Part shown: piece by piece, positions 19,839-29,471 of the stretch
Position numbering within the stretch: position 1 is the first letter of the stretch
Layout: the number at the start of each line of letters is the position of its first letter
DNA from: Waterburya sp.
GTDB lineage: Bacteria > Cyanobacteriota > Cyanobacteriia > Cyanobacteriales > Xenococcaceae
NCBI GenBank assembly: GCA_965217895.1
Contig: CBDCJV010000002.1
Span: 2,112,001-2,176,000 of the forward strand
Reading direction: 5' to 3'
Length of the DNA stretch: 64,000 nt
Program-made: the position numbers and the translations under genes
The notes under the pieces: model-generated
Seen by the model: the letters and a program-made list of their open reading frames with translations, nothing else
Database searches by the model: none
What the model was told of the DNA's origin: nothing

Positions 19839-21266
19839 CTAAGTACTCACTAATTTTTTCAGTTTATTTAAACTAGAAATTACAGTTTGTTGTTCTCCAA
19901 CTAAGGTCACTTCTGTAAGAATTAGATTAGAAGAGTCAACTTCTCCTAAGTCTCGACTTCTTTGAGTTTTAATCATGGTAATTTGGCTAGTCAAGACAAA
20001 ACTGACAAAAGAGGCGATCGCAATTACTGGTAACATTGCCGTACCTGATAGTACGCTAAGGATAATGCTGGTACTGACAGGAGTTTTGGTAACAGCTACA
20101 TTGATTGCTGCCATCAAGCAGACCATGCCAACAGTAGGATGAACTTGTGGTACTGCTAAAGATATGGCATAACCAACATTGGCACCGATAAAGAACAAGG
20201 GGAAAATAAAGCCACCTAAAAAGCCAGAATGAAGAGTAAAGCTTATAGTAAACATCTTAGCTACAGCGATCGCCAGCAACAAACCAACACCCAAACCAGC
20301 CCCCGTTTCAATTACGGTTTGAATTTGTGCCTCGCTAAAGAAGAGGGTTTGGGGAAAAGCAAAAGCAATTAGACCGATGGATAAGCCACCTAAAGTTGCT
20401 AAGACAATCGGATAGTGTTCTAAAGGTTTCAAGAGCTTACCAATGATGCGAAAGATGATAATAAACATAACTGCTAATCCAGCACCAATTACGCCCAAAA
20501 CTAAGCCTTCAGCTAAGTTCTGAGGAGATAATGCAGGAACTTCTTCAAAGTGATAAAAACCACCGATAGTTATGCCCGTATTGAGTCGGAAGACAGCAAA
20601 AGAAAAAATTGCAGAAATAATAGCCGGTGCGATCGCTTCAAAATATTGTAGACCTCGACGATGGGGAATTTCTAGGGCAAACAAAGCTGCGCCAATCGGT
20701 GCGCCAAAAAAAGCTCCCAGAGCTGCACTCATCCCGCAAAAAGTGAGAATTCTGACTGAAGTTTTGGCAAGCTTCAAGCGATCGCCCAACCAGCTACCAA
20801 AGCTACCATTAACCTGAACTAAAGGTGCTTCAGGTCCCGCGCTACCACCAGAGGTAATGGCAATTAGAGAAGCAACAATCATCGCTGGAGTTTTGCGGAT
20901 ATCAATTTTGCCTGGATCGTGAATTTTATCGACTACCTGAGCCATTTCCCCAGGAAGCCCAAAGAAATAAAGAGCTAAACCGACAAAAAATCCTCCAATA
21001 GTAGTGGCAATCCAGACATAGTTACTAACCCCAAGCCAGCTTGGAAAATAAGGCTTGACTATTTCAGGCAGCGTGTGCCACATACCGTGCATCATGGTTT
21101 CTAGCACGAAGTAGTAAATAGTAGCCACCATACCGCCAAAGATACCTATAACTATGGCGCAAAGATAAAGCTGTGAGTAAGTTAGCTGTTTATTATTGCT
21201 AGTGTTTTCTATGCTATTGCCATTTTCGTGGCGATCGCTTATTTCAATCTGACCATTCGACGACAT
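19839..21266 (-). CDS. CLC-family channel/transporter-like protein
   Basis: GGSAGPEAP, FGAPIGAALFALE, SGFLGGFIFP; AGGAG RBS. Confidence 0.85.
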   Translation of the reverse strand: MSSNGQIEISDRHENGNSIENTSNNKQLTYSQLYLCAIVIGIFGGMVATIYYFVLETMMHGMWHTLPEIVKPYFPSWLGVSNYVWIATTIGGFFVGLALYFFGLPGEMAQVVDKIHDPGKIDIRKTPAMIVASLIAITSGGSAGPEAPLVQVNGSFGSWLGDRLKLAKTSVRILTFCGMSAALGAFFGAPIGAALFALEIPHRRGLQYFEAIAPAIISAIFSFAVFRLNTGITIGGFYHFEEVPALSPQNLAEGLVLGVIGAGLAVMFIIIFRIIGKLLKPLEHYPIVLATLGGLSIGLIAFAFPQTLFFSEAQIQTVIETGAGLGVGLLLAIAVAKMFTISFTLHSGFLGGFIFPLFFIGANVGYAISLAVPQVHPTVGMVCLMAAINVAVTKTPVSTSIILSVLSGTAMLPVIAIASFVSFVLTSQITMIKTQRSRDLGEVDSSNLILTEVTLVGEQQTVISSLNKLKKLVST

Positions 21267-21324
21267 AATGACTCCTAATATCTAAATAAAATCTGTCAAT
21301 TTCTTTACTCTTTTTGCAAAAAAA

Positions 21325-21338
21325 GTAACAATGGCTAC
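21325..21338. promoter_or_regulatory. NtcA-like site between the CLC gene and a divergent small ORF
   Basis: GTAACAATGGCTAC; no canonical -10 at 22 nt. Confidence 0.4.
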
Positions 21339-21439
21339 CTTTTTTGCGATATTCTTTCTACAATTGAAATGTATGCTCTTAACGAATAGAGCGATCGCAC
21401 AATTGCTAAAAACTTGTTAACCGAGTAAAAGAGGTTGAA

Positions 21440-21664
21440 ATGAAATCCCGAAGAATGTCCCGCGATGTGTTGTATGTTCCCTTTTACTTAAGACATTTCA
21501 ACGTTAGCGAAAAAATAATCATAGCTTCGTTGGTTTTTATCTCTTCAATTACTGTGGGTTTGATTCCGATTATTTATGCTTTGACTAACACAACAGAACC
21601 AACCAAAACACCGATTTACAGGGGCGAAGTTCAACTTTGGAAAGTGCTTGGAGAAGCGGATTAG
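21440..21664 (+). CDS. Small hypothetical membrane protein
   Basis: GAGG RBS, one TM segment. Confidence 0.5.
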   Translation: MKSRRMSRDVLYVPFYLRHFNVSEKIIIASLVFISSITVGLIPIIYALTNTTEPTKTPIYRGEVQLWKVLGEAD

Positions 21665-21768
21665 AGTTATCTAATCATTCTAAAATCAGGCAGAGTAAAT
21701 AATCGGTACTTAATGAACAGATCGAAGAGTTTCTTGGTAAATTTAATTGTGAATTAGGCTTAACTCTG

Positions 21769-23274
21769 TTATCGCTCGTTCGGCAATTTACTAGATACTG
21801 CTGGCGTTGGCAGTTCCAATTCTTCCTCCTCATGAGAGCCTGTAGGTTCTTTGAGAAAGAACCAAAGCAGGAAAAACATAATCAAGCTACTAATTCCCAT
21901 CGTCGAGAAGAAAATCTTGTTGCCAGCATCAGTCTTAGGTAAGAAACTGAAGAGAAGTAAGAAACTCACCCCGCCTACGTTGCCCCAAGCACCAACACTT
22001 CCCGCAATTTGACCAGTAATTTGTGGCTTAATCAGAGGGACTATTGCATAGGTCGCGCCCTCCGCTGCTTGGACAGCAAAAGAGGCAAACATAGTCACGC
22101 CAATTGCCAAAGGAAGCAACCAACCACCGTTGAGCGACCCCATTGTTAGATAGCCAACTCCTGTCACAGCCTGCAAGATAACCAATGTCCATTTTCGGCT
22201 GCCGATTGTATCAGAGATCAAACCACCTCCAGGACGGGCAACTAAATTCATAAAGGCATAGCTAGAAGCCACCGCTCCCGCTAACGCTAGAGGTAAGTTA
22301 AAGGTCGCTCGAAAAAATAGCGGTATCATCGAGACAACGGCTAGCTCTGAGCCAAAACAAACAAAGTAGGTCAGATTTAGCAAGACTACTTGGGAAAAAT
22401 CGTAGCGTTCCTCGGGGGCATAACGCTTTTGACCTGCCATTAACTGTCGGTTTACTTTCCAGTTCCAGTAAGTTTGGAATAGGTATAAAGCGAGTAACGC
22501 TACACAGGTAATGACTACCGCCGTTGAATTTAAGGCTTCAACTACGTTGAATCGCCAAGCTACGATGCCTAAAGCAGCATATAGAGGCAAATTCGAGAGC
22601 GTCATCAGCCAGAAGTCCTTTTTAGTCGTTACTTCGATCGCGCCTGGATTCTTAGCTCGCTTGAATTCCTTATCGGGTGGTGAATTTTCAACGTTGAAGA
22701 AATAAAACACCCCATAAACAGCAGCAACGACACCGCTAAGGGCGATTGTATATCGCCAGCTACTTTGACCACCCACAAAAAAGCTTGCCCCAGTCGCAAC
22801 CAGAGGTAGAGCGATCGCAGCCACACCAGAGCCAAAGTTCCCCCAGCCACCGTAAATTCCTTCTGCAAAGCCAATTTCTTGAGAAGGAAACCAATTCGCC
22901 ACCATCCGAATGCCAACGACAAATCCTGCTGCAACCACTCCAATAGCTAGGCGGCTCCAAAGCAACTGGTTATAGTTCTGGGCGAAGGCAAATGCGAAGC
23001 AGGGAATGGCAGCATAAACTAAGACACCTGAAAAAACGATGCGAGGACCGATGCGGTCTACCAACATACCAAAGATAATCCGAAACGGAATCGCCAAAGT
23101 TAAATTGCACAGAAGCATCGTCCGATATTGCAGCTCGCTTAGTCCAAACTCTTCTATGATCGGTTCAGCTAGAGGAGCTGCGTTAAATATGACTACGAAA
23201 GATAATAAGAAGGCAAACCATGATAGGTGTAAGATGCGGTATCGACCACTAAATGACCATAATCTTTTGAGCAT
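21769..23274 (-). CDS. nrtP: NarK/NrtP-family MFS nitrate/nitrite transporter
   Basis: LHLSWFAF, AEGIYGGWGNFG, FGSELAVVS, ARPGGG, GAWGNVG. Confidence 0.9.
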   Translation of the reverse strand: MLKRLWSFSGRYRILHLSWFAFLLSFVVIFNAAPLAEPIIEEFGLSELQYRTMLLCNLTLAIPFRIIFGMLVDRIGPRIVFSGVLVYAAIPCFAFAFAQNYNQLLWSRLAIGVVAAGFVVGIRMVANWFPSQEIGFAEGIYGGWGNFGSGVAAIALPLVATGASFFVGGQSSWRYTIALSGVVAAVYGVFYFFNVENSPPDKEFKRAKNPGAIEVTTKKDFWLMTLSNLPLYAALGIVAWRFNVVEALNSTAVVITCVALLALYLFQTYWNWKVNRQLMAGQKRYAPEERYDFSQVVLLNLTYFVCFGSELAVVSMIPLFFRATFNLPLALAGAVASSYAFMNLVARPGGGLISDTIGSRKWTLVILQAVTGVGYLTMGSLNGGWLLPLAIGVTMFASFAVQAAEGATYAIVPLIKPQITGQIAGSVGAWGNVGGVSFLLLFSFLPKTDAGNKIFFSTMGISSLIMFFLLWFFLKEPTGSHEEEELELPTPAVSSKLPNER

Positions 23275-23609
23275 ATTAAAACTTTCTAACCAATGAATTT
23301 AGGTAGAATAAATGAGGACACATCATCAATAAAATAAAAAGTATAATTATGCTATTGATAGTAGTATCAAAATTGTGAAATTTATTATTTTTAAATCAAA
23401 AATAAATTAATTATTAACTGAACCTAATATTAATTGGTCTATGCTAGATGTAGCTATAGACACACATTTTCCTGGCTTAATTCTTTTTTAATGTTTCTGT
23501 TTTCTGCCAACAATTATTGGTTTTAATGTCATGAATTGTTTACAAAACGAGCTTGTAAATTATAAAAGAGATGAGTTTAGAAGATTCAGCTAAAAAGTCT
23601 TATTGATTA

Positions 23610-23651
23610 GTAAAAATCGATACTAAAAAGCCGAGTCAATTTATTTATTAT
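23610..23651 (+). promoter_or_regulatory. NtcA-type promoter upstream of the nrtA-like gene
   Basis: GTAAAAATCGATAC, 22 nt, TATTAT. A near-consensus site (GTAGCTATAGACAC, 23450-23463) could serve nrtP. Confidence 0.65.
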
Positions 23652-23714
23652 TAAGTGTTAAGTGTTTAAGCACTATTGCTTAATTTATCGGATATTTAAA
23701 TAACACATTTATTA

Positions 23715-25025
23715 ATGTCGCAATTTTCCAGAAGGCGATTTGTCGGTTCGGCAGGAGCGATCGCTGCTAGCCTTCTCGGTTATGGCTGTGCGTCTAGAAC
23801 TCCTGAGAAAACCACTCAATCTATTAGCTATGCAGTTTCTAGTAGCAATGGGCTGGAAGTGAAGCAAATTCGCTTGGGATTTATTGCCCTGACTGATGCT
23901 GCCCCTTTAATAATTGCTCTAGAAAAAGGATATTTTCGCAAATACGGTCTGACTCAAGTTGAAGTTGTGCGACAAGCTTCATGGGCAAGTACCCGCGATA
24001 ATCTAGTGCGAGGTTCAGCAGCAGGTGGCATAGATGGAGCGCATATTCTCAGCCCCATGCCTTATTTAATGGCTGCGGGAACAATTACATCAGATCGGCC
24101 ACTGGCGATGAATATTTTGGCACGTTTAAATGTTAACGGTCAGGGAATTTCCTTAGCAAATATCTACAGGTCAGTTGGTTTAAAAAGCGAAAAACTCAAA
24201 GAAGAAGCAGAACAAGCCAAAAGCAAAGGTCCAGGCAGAAAACTCAAGGTAGCAATGACCTTTCCAGGAGGGACTCACGATTTATGGATTCGCTACTGGC
24301 TAGCAGCGGGAGGAATTAATCCCGATACAGATGTATCGATGTTTGTCGTCCCACCGCCACAAATGCTGGCAAACCTTAAAACAGGAACGATGAATATGCT
24401 CTGTGTGGGAGAGCCTTGGAATGCCCAGATAATCAGGCGTAATGTCGGACATTCTGCTTTAACTACAGGGCAACTATGGCAAGATCACCCCGAAAAAGCC
24501 CTGGCAATGCGTGCCGATTGGGTTGAGCGTTCTCCTCGTGCTAGTAAAGCAATGTTGATGGCGGTTTTAGAAGCGCAAATATGGTGTGAGGCTCTGGCTA
24601 ATAAAGAAGAAATGTGTCAGATAGTCTCGGCTCGAAAGTATTTTAACGTCCCTGTCAAAGATATTTTGGCGCGAAGTAAAGGTAACTTTGATTTTGGTAA
24701 CGGAGAAATTCTAACTAATAGTCCGTATCGGATGAAATTTTGGCAAAATTCGGCTTCTTATCCCTATCAAAGCCACGATCTTTGGTTTTTGATGGAAAAC
24801 ATTCGCTGGGGCTACTTACCAGCCGATACCAATACTCAAGATTTGATCAAGCAAGTTAATCGCGAAGATTTATGGCGAGAAGCAGCGCAAGCCATTGGTC
24901 AAGAGCAAGCAATCCCTAAAAGCACATCTAGAGGAATTGAAACTTTTTACGACGGCGTGCGGTTTGACCCTGAAAACCCCTCAGCTTATTTGAATAGCTT
25001 ACCAATTAAAAAGCAGCGAATATGA
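23715..25025 (+). CDS. nrtA: NrtA/CmpA-family substrate-binding lipoprotein (NrtA-like)
   Basis: SRRRF Tat signal plus Cys, LGFIALTDAAP, TFPGGTHDLW, CVGEPW, DHPEKA. Confidence 0.85.
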   Translation: MSQFSRRRFVGSAGAIAASLLGYGCASRTPEKTTQSISYAVSSSNGLEVKQIRLGFIALTDAAPLIIALEKGYFRKYGLTQVEVVRQASWASTRDNLVRGSAAGGIDGAHILSPMPYLMAAGTITSDRPLAMNILARLNVNGQGISLANIYRSVGLKSEKLKEEAEQAKSKGPGRKLKVAMTFPGGTHDLWIRYWLAAGGINPDTDVSMFVVPPPQMLANLKTGTMNMLCVGEPWNAQIIRRNVGHSALTTGQLWQDHPEKALAMRADWVERSPRASKAMLMAVLEAQIWCEALANKEEMCQIVSARKYFNVPVKDILARSKGNFDFGNGEILTNSPYRMKFWQNSASYPYQSHDLWFLMENIRWGYLPADTNTQDLIKQVNREDLWREAAQAIGQEQAIPKSTSRGIETFYDGVRFDPENPSAYLNSLPIKKQRI

Positions 25026-25876
25026 CTAAGACTAAACCACCTTCAGGATATCGCGATCGCCTCTCAAGACGTAAAAATACCAGAATAAACCGTTTAAAGT
25101 GCTTTATTTTCAAAATGTTAGAGGTCACTCACCACGATGACCTGTTGGGCAAAGCTTTCGATAACTTTATGATTGTGCTGATTTCCTTAAACGTCATTGC
25201 TTTCGCCTTTGAGACTGTGTATTCAATCTCTATTCCTTATAAAAGCTATTTTAATAACTTTGAAACGTTTTCCGTTATTATTTTCACTATAGAATACTGC
25301 CTGCGGTTATGGACTTGTACCCTAGAGCAGCAATATCGTCATCCTCTTTGGGGCAGAGTCAAGTTTATCTTCAAACCTTTATCGGCGATCGATTTACTGT
25401 CAATATTGCCCTATTATTTATTTATCTTTTTTCCTAATTTAGTTTTTATTCCCGAACTTCACCTGCTGCGACTGGCACGATTATTAAAAATAGGTCGTTA
25501 TTCCGAGTCCATGAGAACTTTAGGCAATGTTGTTGCTGCTAAACGTCATGACTTGCTTTCGGCTACCTTCACAGTATTTATCTTACTCATGTTTTCTGCC
25601 AGTTTGGTCTATTTCGCCGAACAAGCTTCTCAACCAGAACTCTTTTCTAGCATTCCCGCTTCAATGTGGTGGTCTGTCGTCACCTTAACCAGTGTTGGTT
25701 ATGGAGATGTCTATCCTGTCACGCCGATGGGCAAATTATTAGGCGGAGTTATTGCAGTATTGGGATTAGGGTTGGTAGCACTACCCACGGGGATTTTAGC
25801 TTCTGGCTTTGCTGAAGAAGTACAGCGTAAGCGCACTAATCCTACTTGTCCCCACTGTGGAAAACAGCTTGAATAG
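25022..25876 (+). CDS. Voltage-gated K+ channel-type ion transporter
   Basis: LLRLARLLK S4-like segment, WWSVVTLTSVGYGD pore, C-terminal CPHCG; ATGA overlap with nrtA. Confidence 0.88.
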   Translation: MTKTKPPSGYRDRLSRRKNTRINRLKCFIFKMLEVTHHDDLLGKAFDNFMIVLISLNVIAFAFETVYSISIPYKSYFNNFETFSVIIFTIEYCLRLWTCTLEQQYRHPLWGRVKFIFKPLSAIDLLSILPYYLFIFFPNLVFIPELHLLRLARLLKIGRYSESMRTLGNVVAAKRHDLLSATFTVFILLMFSASLVYFAEQASQPELFSSIPASMWWSVVTLTSVGYGDVYPVTPMGKLLGGVIAVLGLGLVALPTGILASGFAEEVQRKRTNPTCPHCGKQLE

Positions 25877-25902
25877 CTAAATTAACTTGAGAATTGCGAT
25901 CG

Positions 25903-25954
25903 CACCCTCGACAGTTCCTACAACAGGGGAAACCCCCGCAACGGACTGTCTCGC
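25903..25954. mobile_element. 52-nt hairpin mini-element (copy A)
   Basis: caccctcgacag...gggggaaaccccc...ctgtctcg; removal restores the palindrome GAATTGCGATCGCAATTC. Confidence 0.8.
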
Positions 25955-26145
25955 AATTCAGATTCCTCCTCTTGGCTAATTAGATGATTAAAGAAAAAAA
26001 AGAGATTCTGGTTTGCGATGTCCTGCATAAACAGCTTTTCCATCTGATTCAGCGAGGAAAGTTACTACCAAGAAAATCTCTCTTTAGGATCGTGTTTATC
26101 TTTCTTTTAACTGTAAAACTAGATGATAAATACAAAATAAAGACT

Positions 26146-26433
26146 ATGGAAAAGACGTTGTTCGATAAAATCTTCCGTGACAGTAATGGTAATATTGTGA
26201 TTGCTCAACCACCAAACTTGCCTATTATTGTCTGGGGTGTAGCTAGTTTGCTCAAACTAATTTTTACAAGTGGCTTGATTAATATAGGATTAGACCTAAT
26301 AGCTTTTGGCTCTTTATTTACTTGGGGGTGGCTTGAATTGTTTCAAGGCGTTAATTATTTTCGCAGGATGCTAGGTTTAGTTGTATTGGTTGGATTTGTT
26401 GGGTTAAGAATTTTCAGTAATAACACAATTTAA
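26146..26433 (+). CDS. Small hypothetical membrane protein
   Basis: MEKTLFDKIFRDSNGNIVIAQPPNLP...ELFQGVNYFRR; internal ATG preferred over 25984. Confidence 0.65.
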   Translation: MEKTLFDKIFRDSNGNIVIAQPPNLPIIVWGVASLLKLIFTSGLINIGLDLIAFGSLFTWGWLELFQGVNYFRRMLGLVVLVGFVGLRIFSNNTI

Positions 26434-26670
26434 ACTTTGATCGCTGTTGCTGCTTAAGTCGCCTTACTACCAGAAAAATCGCCTGTGAAAACGCGCATTG
26501 ATCGCGAATATTTCCACGGGCGATCGCTCTAAAACGAGATTTCTTAGAAGTGCGATCGCCATCAATGATTATAGTAAGCCAGTTACCTGTTTGATTGATT
26601 CTTTTTTACTATTGGGTGCTTTTTGCTCGATAAATAAGGTAATGATGTATTTCAGCAGGATTTAGTACAA

Positions 26671-26783
26671 TAGGACTTACGCAGTTTAACTAGTTTTGCC
26701 CCCCTAGCCCCCCAAATCTGGGGGAACAAGAATTAAAAGTCCCCCAAATTTGGGGGATTTAGGGGGCGAGTGCATAAGACCTT
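26671..26783. mobile_element. MITE-like element wrapping paired C/G-run hairpins
   Basis: TIRs taggacttacgca / tgcataagacctt; inner cccctagccccccaaatctggggg...cccccaaatttgggggatttagggg. Confidence 0.65.
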
Positions 26784-26796
26784 AATTCATTTTTAT

Positions 26797-28485
26797 TTAT
26801 AGCTGCAAAAATTCTTGAGCTTTATTGACCACATTAGCCAGAGAGTCAGATTTAAACGGAGAAACCAAGTTAGCCGAGCTTACCAACTCCTGAAACGGAG
26901 CTTTGCCACCCCGTTGACATAGGGCAATATAGTCAGTTAAGGTTTGTTCAAAATCAGATTCCGCTTTGACCCAAAACTGCATCGCGCAGCACAAAGCAAG
27001 GGTGTAATCGATGTAGTAAAAGGGATAGCAATAAATATGCTGTTTTTCTTGCCACAAACCACCTTGAGCAGGATATGCTAAATCGCCATACTGTCGCCAG
27101 GGAAGATAACGCGACTCCATTTGCTGCCACATTTGGTTTCTTGCTTGGGGAGTGGCTTCGGGGTTGGCATAGACTAAATGCTGAAAATGGTCAACCGCAC
27201 AGCCATAAGGCAGAAATAAAATTGATTGTGCCAAATGAATTTCCCGAAAACGATCTGCATCATTATCAAAGAACTTATCCATCTGTGACCAAGTTAAAAA
27301 CTCTAAACTCATAGAATGGATTTCGCAGGATTCATAGGTAGGCCAAAGATAGTCAGTCGGGAGATTACGGCTTTTCCAAGCCTGAAAAGCATGACCCATT
27401 TCGTGAGTGAAAACTTCAACATCCCCTTGTGTGCCATTAAAATTAGCAAAGATGTAGGGAATACCCTCTTGAGGAAAACCAGTACAGAAGCCTCCACCAG
27501 CTTTACCAGGGCGAGTTTTAAGATCGAGAAAGTTGCCTTTGTTCATCATCTCAAAAAAGCTGCCTAACTCTGGATGCAGGTTATCAAACATCGATTGTGC
27601 CTGGTTTAGCATCCAGTCATGATCTCCCTGGGGTTTGGGGTTTCCCTGTAGATCGAATACCGACTCATCCCAAAAGTTAACCGCATCTAAGTTGAGCTTT
27701 TGGGCTTTTTTGGCAATAATTTTTTGCGCTAAGGGAACGACATTATCTACTACTCCTTGACGATAATTTTCCACGTCGGCTTCCGTATAGTCGATGCGCT
27801 GCATCCGCTTGTAGCCCAAACCAATGTAGTTGTCGTAACCTAACTTTTGCGCCATACCGTGACGTAATTTAACTAACCGATCGAAAATACTGTCTAGCTG
27901 GGACTGATGCTGAGTAAAGAAATTCCAGCGTGCTTTTTCTGCTTGATAACGGACATGGCGATCGCTGTCTTGAGTATATTTACGAATCCCCGACAGGTTT
28001 ACTTTCTCTCCTTGGAACTCGATTTCGGCCGAGGCTAAAAGTTCTACATACTGATTAACAAGCTTAGACTCTTGCACCAAATCTTCTTCAATTGCAGGTT
28101 CAAAAGTGGTAACATCTGCCGACCAGAGACTAAAGGCTTGTTTGCCTAAGATTGACTCAAATTCTTCTCGATCGGGGCTATCTAACAATCTTTGCTTCAT
28201 AGCGATCGCCAGTGCAGTCAGTTTTGGCTGTAGCTCATCACTATATTCCTGCGCCCGTTTATAATCTTTGTTAGTGGTATCTTGACTAAAATGAAGGGAG
28301 GTTAAGGCAGACCAATTATCTAAGCGACGACGCAAATTATCCCACTGTTGTAAAGCCTGTTTTTTTGCCTCGGTAGTATCTGCCTCATCTAAAGCAGCAT
28401 TAATACTCTCATACTCTGCGGTAACGTCTTCTATAGTAGGCTTTTCTGCTTTTATATCGGCAAAATTAATTGTAGTCTGGCTCAT
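26797..28485 (-). CDS. M3-family oligoendopeptidase
   Basis: GKAGGGFC, HEMGHAFQ, ESCEIHSM, PFYYIDY. Confidence 0.92.
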   Translation of the reverse strand: MSQTTINFADIKAEKPTIEDVTAEYESINAALDEADTTEAKKQALQQWDNLRRRLDNWSALTSLHFSQDTTNKDYKRAQEYSDELQPKLTALAIAMKQRLLDSPDREEFESILGKQAFSLWSADVTTFEPAIEEDLVQESKLVNQYVELLASAEIEFQGEKVNLSGIRKYTQDSDRHVRYQAEKARWNFFTQHQSQLDSIFDRLVKLRHGMAQKLGYDNYIGLGYKRMQRIDYTEADVENYRQGVVDNVVPLAQKIIAKKAQKLNLDAVNFWDESVFDLQGNPKPQGDHDWMLNQAQSMFDNLHPELGSFFEMMNKGNFLDLKTRPGKAGGGFCTGFPQEGIPYIFANFNGTQGDVEVFTHEMGHAFQAWKSRNLPTDYLWPTYESCEIHSMSLEFLTWSQMDKFFDNDADRFREIHLAQSILFLPYGCAVDHFQHLVYANPEATPQARNQMWQQMESRYLPWRQYGDLAYPAQGGLWQEKQHIYCYPFYYIDYTLALCCAMQFWVKAESDFEQTLTDYIALCQRGGKAPFQELVSSANLVSPFKSDSLANVVNKAQEFLQL

Positions 28486-28542
28486 GATCGATGGAGATAG
28501 ATAGTTACACCTAAAATTTTAACGAAGTTTGCTATTGCAAAT

Positions 28543-29154
28543 ATGGATCGAACATTTATTGCTAATATACATAAGTTAATTCAGCGCGATCGCGATTTGG
28601 CGAAGATAATTGAAGCTTATGGCTATCCGCCTCAGTGGCAAAGAGATCCTGGCTTTGCGACTTTAATTCAGATTATCTTAGAACAACAGGTTTCACTCGC
28701 TTCGGCTAAGGCAGCTTTTGAACGTCTGAAGAACTTTGTAGGAGAATTGACTCCAGCTAGCTTTTTGGCTTTAGATGATGCTGAACTTAAAACAATTGGC
28801 TTTAGTCGCCAGAAAACCAGATATGGTCGTGAATTGGCTCAAGCGATCGCCGATCGCACTATAGATTTAGCAAGTTTGCACGAACTAGATGATGCAGCTA
28901 TTAGAAAGAAACTAACCGCAATCAAAGGCATTGGTGACTGGACTGTAGATATGTACCTGATGATGGCTTTGCAACGCCTAGATGTATTCCCCTCTAAGGA
29001 TTTAGCTGTGGCGATCGCCATCAAAGAAATTAAAAACCTCACAACTCGTCCCAAAGTAGCAGAATTAGAGTCAATTACTCAATCTTGGCAACCTTATAGA
29101 GCCGTGGCTACGCAAATTCTTTGGCACTATTATCTTAATCGCCAAGCACACTGA
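28543..29154 (+). CDS. DNA-3-methyladenine glycosylase II (AlkA/HhH-GPD family)
   Basis: ILEQQVS, IKGIGDWT, WQPYR. Confidence 0.9.
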   Translation: MDRTFIANIHKLIQRDRDLAKIIEAYGYPPQWQRDPGFATLIQIILEQQVSLASAKAAFERLKNFVGELTPASFLALDDAELKTIGFSRQKTRYGRELAQAIADRTIDLASLHELDDAAIRKKLTAIKGIGDWTVDMYLMMALQRLDVFPSKDLAVAIAIKEIKNLTTRPKVAELESITQSWQPYRAVATQILWHYYLNRQAH

Positions 29155-29372
29155 ATCAGTACTTCGTGGCGGTAGTCATGACGTTTTTGAAATGACTGCT
29201 CTCAATTAATTTTATTTTTGAAATTGATTAATTATCGGCGCGAGGCATAACTAGATTTTTGGTAAAATGCGATCGCGCTTTTTGCTGACAATATATAATT
29301 TTTGCAATAAGCAATTATCTCGCCCAGAGGCGCACCAGGTGCAAAGAGATACAGAAAACTATAATTTTATCT

Positions 29373-29401
29373 AAAAAAAAGGCAGCTTGTTAAGCTACCT
29401 T
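29373..29401 (-). terminator. Rho-independent terminator after typA
   Basis: aaggcagctt-gtt-aagctacctt stem with an 8-T tail on the minus strand. Confidence 0.65.
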
Positions 29402-29471
29402 CTCAATTTAATTAAACATTTAAGCTTAATTTATTAGCTAAATTTTAATTAGCAATCAACTATTAACAATC

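Noticed and set aside
25984..26145. N-terminal extension of the 149-aa ORF
   Set aside because: Looks non-coding; ATG 26146 gives a more plausible start.
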